Source: an uncultured bacterium (GTDB taxonomy: Bacteria; Armatimonadota; Abditibacteriia; Abditibacteriales; Abditibacteriaceae). From it: a stretch of 64,000 bases of DNA. Each line of letters opens with the position of its first letter. The first letter of the stretch is position 1. Under the pieces are notes generated by a model. That model saw only the letters and a list, made by a program, of their open reading frames with translations. It had not been told where the DNA came from and searched no databases. Positions 51,612 through 60,471 of the stretch are shown piece after piece. The position numbers were made by a program, and so were the translations under genes. The stretch lies in contig CAWJLW010000004.1 of the NCBI GenBank assembly GCA_963843795.1, positions 1 to 64,000 on the forward strand, read 5' to 3'.

Positions 51612-53159
51612 TTAACTTTGCTTCCAAAACAGCACTTGCGATAAAGCCTTAAAGAGCGGTTGCCCGTTGACCAGAATATCGTGTGCCATGTTCTCGGGAA
51701 TGGGCAGCAGGCGAACGAGCACCGTGTCGTCGTCGGAATTCGAAACTGAGACTTCGCCTGTCGTGGGGGTAACGCCCCACGCGCGCGCATATTTCTTGAG
51801 ATATTGCGGCACGATAGCATCGTAGAACCCGCACATGCCACGATTCCCGAACTTCAGGTCATCGCCCTGCATCAAACCTTTGTCATCGGGCGAGTAGACG
51901 ATTTTGAGAGCCATCTCCCTGCCCATCAACTCTTCCATCTTTTCGGGTTCGGTGTCGGCTTGTTTCCAGATCACCCGTTGGTTTTTGTAGATGTGAATGT
52001 CGAACCGTCCGCGCGCGTTGCGCTTCCATTCCAGAGCATCAATGCGCTGGTCGAGGCTGTAACGTTCGGCCTGTTGGTCGCCAGTTGTCCAGGCAATAGC
52101 CGTGCAGCCATCCATAACGGCTTGATGCAGCAGGCGGCGCAGGAGCAGTTCGTGCCAGGTGCGCGCAAAGGGCGCGGGATCGACATTTTTACCGGCCCGC
52201 GCGTCCTGGTGCCAGTCGCTTTGCAGCTCTTCGATAAAAAGCACGTCCTGACCACTCGCATCGGGACGATAGTTGTAGCGCGCGTGCGCGAGCACATTAG
52301 GCTCATCCCAATGTTTGGATTGATAGCGGGTGAACGGGTCGGGTGGCGCCCAGTGGATGAGCAGCTCGCGATAATCCGAACCACCCGGCAGCACGTAATC
52401 GGCGAATTTGGGCGCGCCTTCACCACGCTGTAAGGGCAGGAGCGCGCGCGAGGCTTCACCATACTCTTCGCTCAATCGGTTGCGTTTGGCGACTTCGGCG
52501 GGCGTCCATTCGTCGCTATGAGCGTAGCGCTGGCGCAAGTCCTCATCAAAGGCATTGAAACAATGAAACGCGAATTCTTGCGCGTCGATGGCCGCGCGCA
52601 GGCGCTCCTCATGACCGTCATCGTGGCGCGTTTCGCTCAGTTGCACGCCGTGAGTCGCCAGAAATTCCAGTACTTGCTCCCGAGTGATTCTGATGTTTTC
52701 GCCCCCTTCGGCTTGCACGGCCTCGACTTGCACGGCCTCGGTTTGTGCAGCCTCGACTTGTGCGCCCAGCCACCTTTCCAAGCCCGACCAGCGCAGCTCA
52801 TCGCGTGAAATCTGCGCTTTGGAAAGCAATCCCAGCAGTTGCGCCGGTGTCGTGCGTCGCGGCATTTTCTCTTCGATGACCTGGACCAATCGCGAGTAAA
52901 AAGCGGGTGAGGGTGCTGGTGAAGGTTGCGACGAGGACGCGGGCGTTTGATTGGGCGCGGGCGCGAGTGTGTGAGTGGGCGCGTGTGTGTCCGAAATCGT
53001 CGCAGAAGTGGTCTTTTCGGACGCGCGTTTTCCTGGTGTGCGGTGCCGATGACCCGCATACACTTCGTAATGGTGCGGTTGTTTGACCGTCAGCGCTTTG
53101 CTCAGCAAGCGTTGATAAATCGTGTTTCCAGTTTCGAGGGTCGATGCAGGCGTTGACAT
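51612..53159 (-). CDS. Phage polyvalent-protein domain (IEELQSDWHQ family), probable internal virion protein
   Basis: YVLPGGSDYRELLI, SKHWDEPNVLAHAR, VLFIEELQSDWHQ, APFARTW, GMCGFYDAIVP. Confidence 0.78.
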   Translation of the reverse strand: MSTPASTLETGNTIYQRLLSKALTVKQPHHYEVYAGHRHRTPGKRASEKTTSATISDTHAPTHTLAPAPNQTPASSSQPSPAPSPAFYSRLVQVIEEKMPRRTTPAQLLGLLSKAQISRDELRWSGLERWLGAQVEAAQTEAVQVEAVQAEGGENIRITREQVLEFLATHGVQLSETRHDDGHEERLRAAIDAQEFAFHCFNAFDEDLRQRYAHSDEWTPAEVAKRNRLSEEYGEASRALLPLQRGEGAPKFADYVLPGGSDYRELLIHWAPPDPFTRYQSKHWDEPNVLAHARYNYRPDASGQDVLFIEELQSDWHQDARAGKNVDPAPFARTWHELLLRRLLHQAVMDGCTAIAWTTGDQQAERYSLDQRIDALEWKRNARGRFDIHIYKNQRVIWKQADTEPEKMEELMGREMALKIVYSPDDKGLMQGDDLKFGNRGMCGFYDAIVPQYLKKYARAWGVTPTTGEVSVSNSDDDTVLVRLLPIPENMAHDILVNGQPLFKALSQVLFWKQS

Positions 53160-53267
53160 GAGAGTGGTTCGAATTTAAAAGAGAGAATTTCGCACCTATC
53201 CCGCAACCAACCCGCAAGTACTTGCGGGATAGGTGCGAGATGGGTGCGGAATGGGTGCGGAGAGGTT

Positions 53268-56200
53268 TCACCTCTTGAAGCGCAGGAACAAGCGCTGGGT
53301 TTTGCCCAGCATGCGCATCGCCTTACTCAGTCCCGATCCCTCGGCTCCCAGTACGTCAACGACCGGACGAGAAGCGGTCAGCTTTTCGATGACCGCTTCG
53401 GCTTTATCTTGCGGGATGAAGTAGCGATTTTTGAATTCGATGCGCTCGCGGAAGGCGCCCGCAGTTTCGAGTTCGGCGTGATGCGAGAAATCCGGCCCGC
53501 TGATTTCGATGCGGCTTTCACCGCTCACGCGCCGCTTGCGAATCGTCCAGCCGTTGGAGAGCTTGACCATCGAGCCATCAAGCACATGATCTACAACGTT
53601 GGCGGGCGAATACTGCTTTTGCGCGCCTTGGGCCGTGATACCGAAGTTTTTCATCACGGCATCCAAACGTTTGGGCGGGATGACCATGCCGATCATGCGC
53701 TGGCCGTCATCGGTTTGCACGCGACGCACCTGCAAGGGCGCATCACCCGATTTGATACGATCCCAGACCGGCAGAATGGTTCCCGTGATGAAGTGCATGG
53801 TTTCCTGGCGGGTTTCGGGTTCGGCGGCGTGCTGTTCCTGCCACGCGTCGCGCGCTTCGTCGCGACTCAGCGGCACCCAGCGATCCGGGTCATCCAGTTG
53901 TGATTTATCGACACGCTGCGCATTGGTCACGCCCTTCAAGGGATGCTGGGCGCGGATAAAGCCGGTATCGGTATCGGTTGTGTGAACGAGATCGCCCACC
54001 GAATAAACCTTGCCGCTGCGCTTATTTTTGACGAACGCGCCACCGTGCAATCCTGGGAACGCGTTGCGCTCATTGGGCTGAGTCAACTCCAATTTGAGGT
54101 AGCGCGTTTCGGCACCGCTGCGCGAATCGGTATGGATCACCTGATCGTGCGCGGCAATGGTCGAAAGGGCATCGACATTTTCCATGCCCTGATCCAGCGT
54201 GCCCGCTTCGATTTTGGCGTCCACCACGCGATCCAAGCGTTCGCTAAAAGCATCGAACACCTTGTTTTGGGTGTCGAGTGTCAGCGACAACAAGCGATTC
54301 AAGAACTGCGTAATCGGTGGCGTGCTTTCCAGCAGGTTGCCTTCGCTATCGCGCAATTTGAGGCCCATTTCCTGTTCCAGCACATCGGGTGACAGATCGG
54401 GGATGCGCCCGCCGACCACATCGCGATAAAAGCCGCTGAGCGCGGTTTTGGCTTCTTCGCTTTCCAGGTTGTCGCGCGCCTTGAAAAAGCCCTGGCTGCC
54501 GGTCTGGCGGCTGCCTTTGGTCAAAGCGCCCAGCTGATCGAGACGGCGTGCAATGGAGGAGATAAAGCGCGCTTCGCCCACCACGTCTGAAGTCGCGAGC
54601 GCGTATTCGGGCGGCTGTTTTTGGTTGTTGCGATGGGTGCGCCCGAAGCCTTGAATCGCTTGCGCGGCCTGCCAGCCCGGTTGCACCAGGACGTGATAGC
54701 GCTTTTGCTGGTTACGGGCTTTGCGGTCGGCGTGGTAGCTGCGACCGGTGCCGCCCGCGTTGGAAAACACCAGCACGCGGCGTTTGCCGTCCTGGAACTC
54801 ATTGGCTTCGCTGATGCCGTGCGACTTGCCCCGCCGCTGCAAAATGCGTTTGGTTTGTCCGTCCTCATCGGTATGGGCGACCACGCGCTGGGTGCGTCCG
54901 GTCACTTCGGCGACGTTTTCGTGCCCGAAGTGATTGAGAATCATTTCCAAAGGCCCATCGGGCACGGCGATTCCGCCCAGCTTGTCGAGTAGGGCATCGC
55001 GCATCGCGACCGCTTCTTTGTTGATGATCGGGTTACCTTTGGAGTCAACGGCGGGACGCGAAAGCAGGTTGCCGCTGTCGTCGGTGTATTGCTCCTGTTG
55101 GGTGACGGGAAACGAGCGCTCGATCATCTGCATCAAAATATCGCGCGGCGTGAGATCCAACTCTTCGTAATCGACCGCTTCTTCGTTATCGGCGGCTTCG
55201 TTGCGCCGCTTGTCCAGGGCGCGGTTCTGGGAAGCTTCGTTGGTGTTGACGAGCTGCATCACAACTGACTTGTTATCGTCTAGCTGGCGCGAAGCGTTGG
55301 CGAGCACGGTGGGCATTTTCATCGAAGTGATGACCTGGTTAAAGAAGCGTTGGTGCGCGCCCCAGAACGCCGAGCGCATCGCGCTTTTGGCGTTTTTGTT
55401 CAGCACTTTGGTGTCGCCGGTTTCGGGATCTTCGGCGGCACCGCCGACGACTTTAAGCGCTTCGTCCATGTTTTGCAACGCTTCTTGCCAGCCCAAAGCG
55501 AGCGTGTCGTAGATCTCGCGTTGGTTGGGCGTCAGGGTGTGTTCGATTTTGGCGTAGTCGATGCCTTTCCACGAGATCGAACGTGAGACATACAGGCCCA
55601 TCGCTTTGAGGTCGCGGGCGACCAGCTCCATCGCGGCGACACCTCCGGCGGTCACTTGCTCGATGAAATCATTCTTGTTGGCAAAAGCAGTTCCCGGCCC
55701 CCACAGGCCCAGGCGCTCGGCATAACCCAAGTTGGCGACTTCGGTCGCACCGGTCGCGCTCAGATAAACGATGCGGGCGTTAGGCAAACGGCGCTGAAGC
55801 TCCATGCCGACCAGAGCTTGGGCACTGGGTGTGGTGTTGCCGCGCTTGCCTTTGGTCGTGCTGTTATTGGCCATCGCGTGACTTTCATCCATCGCGATCA
55901 CGCCATCGTAATCATCGCCGCACCAGTCGATGATTTGTTGAACGCGGGTCTTGGCTTTCTCGCCATCTTTGGGGCTGCGTTCTTTGGAACGTAGCGTGGC
56001 ATACGATACAAAGCCAACGCCCTGGGGCGCGCCGATGGAATCTGTGAGCTTGGTTTTGGAGATGTCGAACAATTGATCGCCCATATCGCCCACGTCATTG
56101 AGGTCGCGTTTGGCGTCATTGAACAGAGCGGGCTTTTCGCTGATCCAGAGCGCTTTTTTGCGGCCCTGCATCCAGTTATCTTGAATGATGCCCGCGACCT

Positions 56201-59200
56201 GCCTGCCCTTGCCCATGCCGGTATTGTCGCCGCAAAACCAGCCGCGTCGCAGCTCTTCGGGTGGAGAGGTGCCGTATTCTTTTTCGTATTCGCGGCGCTC
56301 GTCATCGGTATAGGCGACCGGAATCATATCCTGGTGAGCGTTGCCCGCCAGGACGACCGATTCCATCGCAATCGCCGACAAACGCCCCTCGGTCGCATTG
56401 CCCTGGGGCTGATAGTATTGGGGCGTGAGAGCGGGACGATACGTGGGTTTAATCGGGTCAACGCTCGCCATCGCTGCTGACTCTTGTACTTCGACCGGCG
56501 GCATCGTGGTTCCCTCAATGACGACACGCGGCACATAGGAGTCGTAAACCGCATCGGTTAAAGCGCCCCGGGGCTGAACTTCGGCGTGACCGATTTCTAA
56601 GCGCTCAGCTTTGGATGTCAATTGCTCGGGTGTCGATGCTTTGGGTGTCAATTGCTCGGATGTCGATGCTTTGGATGCCGATTGCTCGGATGACGATTGA
56701 TCAATGGATGCTTGAGGAGCCGCAGCGCCTGGCGAGGCACTTACTCCGTCAGGCTTTGTCCCGCCGCTTGCACTTCCTGATCCCCGTCGTGATCCGTCAA
56801 CGCTTGGGTCCGATCTTCCACCCAGTCCAGCATCAGGAGCGCCGCTTCGAGAGGTTGGGCTTCCCGTTTGATCAGGTCGCACCATTCCTGGTCGCTGCGT
56901 TTCTGAAGCGCTTGGCCCACTGTCGGAAAGCGCAGCGCTTCCCGCAGTTCTGGCACCGGCTTCTGGAGCAGGGCTTGGGGCAGCGGATCCGGCAGCGTCT
57001 CCGCGTTGTTCTTCACGGCTTGTAGAGCTTCTTTGACGTTCATTGCGTATGGTCTCCAAAAGTGGGATCAACTCTTCGACCTGTTCGACACGACCGGTCA
57101 GCGTGGTTGGTGCGTTTTGGGCATCAGGTTTGGTGCCCAAAACGGGCTTAGTGCCCAGAGCGGGCTTGGTGCCCAGAGCGGGCTTGTCGATCACCAGAAT
57201 TTGATTATCCCAAGTTGTACCGTATTTTGCATATTCGGCACCATTGACCTGCACATTGGCGCGCACATGAAAGCGTTCGCCCATGCTTTTCCACCAGTGG
57301 CGAAAAGAAGGTCGGTCGTGCGCCATGCCGTTGCCGACAATGGCGACCAGACGCCCACCGGGCTGCAAGCGCGCCATCGCTTGCTCGATGTGTTTGGTGG
57401 CGTTGGAGGTATCGCGCACGCCCTGCATGCGGCCCGCCGTGGAAGAAAAAGGCGGATTCATCACGACGACGGTCGGCGCGATCTCAGCGGGCAAAATATT
57501 GTGCAGTTGTTCGGCATTTTCGCCGAAGGTGTGTGTGAACAGTCCGCTTTGATTGAGCAGGGCCAGACGGCGCTCACTCAGTTCGTTCACGGTCGTTTGG
57601 GCACCGGCATTGACGGCGAAGGCGGCCAGGCCACCGACACCCGCCGAAGGTTCGAGGACATGATCGCGGTGGGACAAGTTGGCGACCCAGTTCGCGACAT
57701 AGGCCAGGGGCGGTACAGTCGAGAATTGTTGGAATTCGTCCATCTCCGCTGTGCGCCTGGATTGGGTCGGAATCAGTTTGATGAGTTCCTTGAGGCGTTT
57801 AACCGCGCGTTCGGCGTGCTCGGCGCCGCCAATCGGGTCGAAGACTGATTGGGTCGCGATCATGCGATTGATCGCCATCTCGACCGCATCATAAGCATCT
57901 TTGGGCGTGTAATCGCCGTTGGCTTGCGACCCGCCAAAAGCTTTGTCGGCCTGGCGGAATAAGTCGTTACCATTAAGCGCGACACCTTGGCCCATCTGCT
58001 CTTGAACCCACTTGGCCAGATCTTCGCTCTTGCGCGCCAGGGGCGTGGACGCAGCGGCCTGTGCCGCGATACGCTCGTGATTGGCCGCACCCTGTGCGGT
58101 AAACGATGACAATTTGAGCAGGTCTTGCGTTGAGACTTCAGAAGCCGATGTTTGTGAAGATGTTTGTGAAGCGGATGCGGTATCTTCTGGCGATGCACCG
58201 CGCACACGGTGACCGTTTTCGTAGTGGTGCGCGTCCTCGACATTGATTTTGTCGCGCCCGTCATCGACTGAAGGGGCGCGCGAAGCGTTTGCGGATGACT
58301 CGACAGGGGCTTTGGCGCGCGCGTATAAATCTTCGATGGTTTTGCCGTTGCGCGCTTGGGTCAAGATGTTGACGAAATCTTCATTGGAAAAGTCATCGAC
58401 GCGATCAAACACCGCGCTCGTGAGCAGCTTGTCCACGCCCAGCGCGAAATTCAGGGCGCTATTGTTCTGCGCCATCTGTTGGATTTCGGGAGTCCGGGCC
58501 AGTTTTTCGACGATGCTTTCCAGACCTTTTTTCGTCGCATTGCCATCGCGCCCGCCCTCATGCCAGCTCTGGGCGCGAAGATTCTTGCTCCACTGACTGG
58601 CGAAGCTGGCGATATCGGCCTGACGGCGGCGGTTGATGGATTTGACGCCGGTGCCGTCATCGGTGAGCGTCATTGTCGATTGATGACCGCCGTAAGCGCC
58701 TTGGGTGATTTGGGTGGGCGCCCAGGTTTTGCCGTCAGCTCCGCCCGCCGTGAAAAAGACGATTTCAGGATCGGCGATCATATCACCGTTCTGGGTGTAA
58801 TAATGCGCGACCGAGACTTGGTTTGGCCCGACGTTTTCCACGACCAGCGGCATGTAATTGTCTTGCTCCAAACGCAGGTGCGCTTCGGGTTGCGACAAAT
58901 CAACGCCATGTTTGGCCGCGATTTTTTCTATCGTGGCCTGCATGGTTTTCGAGGTTTTACCCACATTCGAAGGTTGTTTGGGTTCTTTGGGTCGCTCAAC
59001 TTCGGGTGGCTCAACTTTGGGCGTAGCTTTAGCTTTATTTTCTGTGGTTTGGCCGACCAGATTCTTGGCTTCTTGAACAGCGCGCTCTTCGGTCGGATAA
59101 ATCGTGATCTTGTTGAGAGTTTCGTCGGCTTGGGTGTCGCGCAAGACCACCGAAAAGCCGCCTTTTTGATGCGGTAGCACTTGGGATTCCATGCCGCCGT

Positions 59201-60017
59201 CCTCATCGCGAAAAGTGTGCAACGGTTTGGTTTTGGCGGCTGCCACCGGTTTGGCGGCTGCCACCGGTTTGGCCGTTTCTATCGGTTTGGAGGCGGCTGG
59301 GGGTGCGGGAGTCGAGGGAGTCGGTTTGGGCGCATCGAACAACCCAGCTTGCTGAGCGGGACGCTGGCGCAGACTATCGAAGAACGCTTGTTTGCTGTCA
59401 CCCGATGGCATCGGTTTGGTTTCGGGTGTGGCAGCGGATGCGGCAGTAGATGCGGCAGTGGGTGAGGCAGGCTTGACGACCGGTTTCGCGGGCGTTTTCT
59501 GATCCACATTCGCGAACAATCCGCCTAGCGATGACTGGGAAGGTTTGGCCGGAGCACTGGCCATGCTTTGCGGTTTGAGCACGCTATCACGCGCGGGTAA
59601 TGGCGACGACGGGATGCGAGCCGGTGGATTCGAGACGCCCAAATTATCGAAGAGTGAAGGTGTCTTTACTGGCGCGCGCGAAGCGGGCGAAGGCGAAGCC
59701 GCAGCGGGCGCATCGAACAGCGAGGGCATGTGCGGTGCCTGAGGTGGCGGCGCTTTTTTGCGCGGTGCCGTTGGCGTGACTACCGGCGCGCGACGCGGTA
59801 CGGGTGCCTGGTTTTTGTTGGGATCGATCCAGTGATCCGCGTAAAACAGCGAACCCTGTGCGCCGTGTACGAGCGTTTTTCTGCGCACCAGTCCCGGACG
59901 CGCTTTGATGAGACCGGCGTCGAAAAACAGCACCAGATTCTTTTGGATGATAAAACGCGACGACGAGAGCAATGGCGACGGCGAGAGCGACGGCGAATGG
60001 GAAGATGAATTGGACAT
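53268..60017 (-). CDS. DarB-like 2249-aa protein: DUF6908-like, N6-MTase and strawberry-notch helicase domains
   Basis: VSVAHYYTQNGDMIADPEIVF, VLEPSAGVGGL, VVMNPPF, GDNTGMGKGRQ, DESHAM, YLSATGA, IQGFGRTHR. Confidence 0.92.
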   Translation of the reverse strand: MSNSSSHSPSLSPSPLLSSSRFIIQKNLVLFFDAGLIKARPGLVRRKTLVHGAQGSLFYADHWIDPNKNQAPVPRRAPVVTPTAPRKKAPPPQAPHMPSLFDAPAAASPSPASRAPVKTPSLFDNLGVSNPPARIPSSPLPARDSVLKPQSMASAPAKPSQSSLGGLFANVDQKTPAKPVVKPASPTAASTAASAATPETKPMPSGDSKQAFFDSLRQRPAQQAGLFDAPKPTPSTPAPPAASKPIETAKPVAAAKPVAAAKTKPLHTFRDEDGGMESQVLPHQKGGFSVVLRDTQADETLNKITIYPTEERAVQEAKNLVGQTTENKAKATPKVEPPEVERPKEPKQPSNVGKTSKTMQATIEKIAAKHGVDLSQPEAHLRLEQDNYMPLVVENVGPNQVSVAHYYTQNGDMIADPEIVFFTAGGADGKTWAPTQITQGAYGGHQSTMTLTDDGTGVKSINRRRQADIASFASQWSKNLRAQSWHEGGRDGNATKKGLESIVEKLARTPEIQQMAQNNSALNFALGVDKLLTSAVFDRVDDFSNEDFVNILTQARNGKTIEDLYARAKAPVESSANASRAPSVDDGRDKINVEDAHHYENGHRVRGASPEDTASASQTSSQTSASEVSTQDLLKLSSFTAQGAANHERIAAQAAASTPLARKSEDLAKWVQEQMGQGVALNGNDLFRQADKAFGGSQANGDYTPKDAYDAVEMAINRMIATQSVFDPIGGAEHAERAVKRLKELIKLIPTQSRRTAEMDEFQQFSTVPPLAYVANWVANLSHRDHVLEPSAGVGGLAAFAVNAGAQTTVNELSERRLALLNQSGLFTHTFGENAEQLHNILPAEIAPTVVVMNPPFSSTAGRMQGVRDTSNATKHIEQAMARLQPGGRLVAIVGNGMAHDRPSFRHWWKSMGERFHVRANVQVNGAEYAKYGTTWDNQILVIDKPALGTKPALGTKPVLGTKPDAQNAPTTLTGRVEQVEELIPLLETIRNERQRSSTSREEQRGDAAGSAAPSPAPEAGARTAGSAALSDSGPSASETQRPGMVRPDQTGSPTSRSGAPDAGLGGRSDPSVDGSRRGSGSASGGTKPDGVSASPGAAAPQASIDQSSSEQSASKASTSEQLTPKASTPEQLTSKAERLEIGHAEVQPRGALTDAVYDSYVPRVVIEGTTMPPVEVQESAAMASVDPIKPTYRPALTPQYYQPQGNATEGRLSAIAMESVVLAGNAHQDMIPVAYTDDERREYEKEYGTSPPEELRRGWFCGDNTGMGKGRQVAGIIQDNWMQGRKKALWISEKPALFNDAKRDLNDVGDMGDQLFDISKTKLTDSIGAPQGVGFVSYATLRSKERSPKDGEKAKTRVQQIIDWCGDDYDGVIAMDESHAMANNSTTKGKRGNTTPSAQALVGMELQRRLPNARIVYLSATGATEVANLGYAERLGLWGPGTAFANKNDFIEQVTAGGVAAMELVARDLKAMGLYVSRSISWKGIDYAKIEHTLTPNQREIYDTLALGWQEALQNMDEALKVVGGAAEDPETGDTKVLNKNAKSAMRSAFWGAHQRFFNQVITSMKMPTVLANASRQLDDNKSVVMQLVNTNEASQNRALDKRRNEAADNEEAVDYEELDLTPRDILMQMIERSFPVTQQEQYTDDSGNLLSRPAVDSKGNPIINKEAVAMRDALLDKLGGIAVPDGPLEMILNHFGHENVAEVTGRTQRVVAHTDEDGQTKRILQRRGKSHGISEANEFQDGKRRVLVFSNAGGTGRSYHADRKARNQQKRYHVLVQPGWQAAQAIQGFGRTHRNNQKQPPEYALATSDVVGEARFISSIARRLDQLGALTKGSRQTGSQGFFKARDNLESEEAKTALSGFYRDVVGGRIPDLSPDVLEQEMGLKLRDSEGNLLESTPPITQFLNRLLSLTLDTQNKVFDAFSERLDRVVDAKIEAGTLDQGMENVDALSTIAAHDQVIHTDSRSGAETRYLKLELTQPNERNAFPGLHGGAFVKNKRSGKVYSVGDLVHTTDTDTGFIRAQHPLKGVTNAQRVDKSQLDDPDRWVPLSRDEARDAWQEQHAAEPETRQETMHFITGTILPVWDRIKSGDAPLQVRRVQTDDGQRMIGMVIPPKRLDAVMKNFGITAQGAQKQYSPANVVDHVLDGSMVKLSNGWTIRKRRVSGESRIEISGPDFSHHAELETAGAFRERIEFKNRYFIPQDKAEAVIEKLTASRPVVDVLGAEGSGLSKAMRMLGKTQRLFLRFKR

Positions 60018-60054
60018 GATGGCAAAACAACAACCGAAGTTTCAGGTGAGAAAT

Positions 60055-60396
60055 TCAAAGGTTGGACGCGATAATGCGTTGACGGCGCGCGAGGCGAAAA
60101 TTCTGGTGGCAGCGCGCCAAGTTCTGGCGCGCCTTCAAGTACTGGCGACTGGCATCGGCTTTGGCTTGCGGATCGGTCGCACCTTTTACCGCGCGACTGA
60201 GAGCTGGCCACTGCTCATTCAGGTGCTTGATCATGCCCGCCGCATCGGTTTCGAGTTGGCGCGCGCGCGCTTCGGTTTGCGTGCGCACGGTCGAGCTGCG
60301 TTCCAACTGCGCGCGAATCGCCGTGTGAACGGTTTGCGCGGCTTCCATTGGTGTGGTTTGTGAGTCTTGTGACTTGGTATCGGGAGTATTTTTCAT
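60055..60396 (-). CDS. Hypothetical helical protein
   Basis: Fills the gap between two large minus-strand genes. Confidence 0.6.
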   Translation of the reverse strand: MKNTPDTKSQDSQTTPMEAAQTVHTAIRAQLERSSTVRTQTEARARQLETDAAGMIKHLNEQWPALSRAVKGATDPQAKADASRQYLKARQNLARCHQNFRLARRQRIIASNL

Positions 60397-60471
60397 AAAC
60401 CAAAAACAAACGACAAACGCCGCTGCAAGTACTTGCAGCGGCGTAATGCCAGATCAGATTTAAAAGCGGTT

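Noticed and set aside
60430..60455. Sigma54 promoter in the TGGCA..TGC intergenic element
   Set aside because: The GG-to-GC spacing is 9 or 12 bp, not the required 10.
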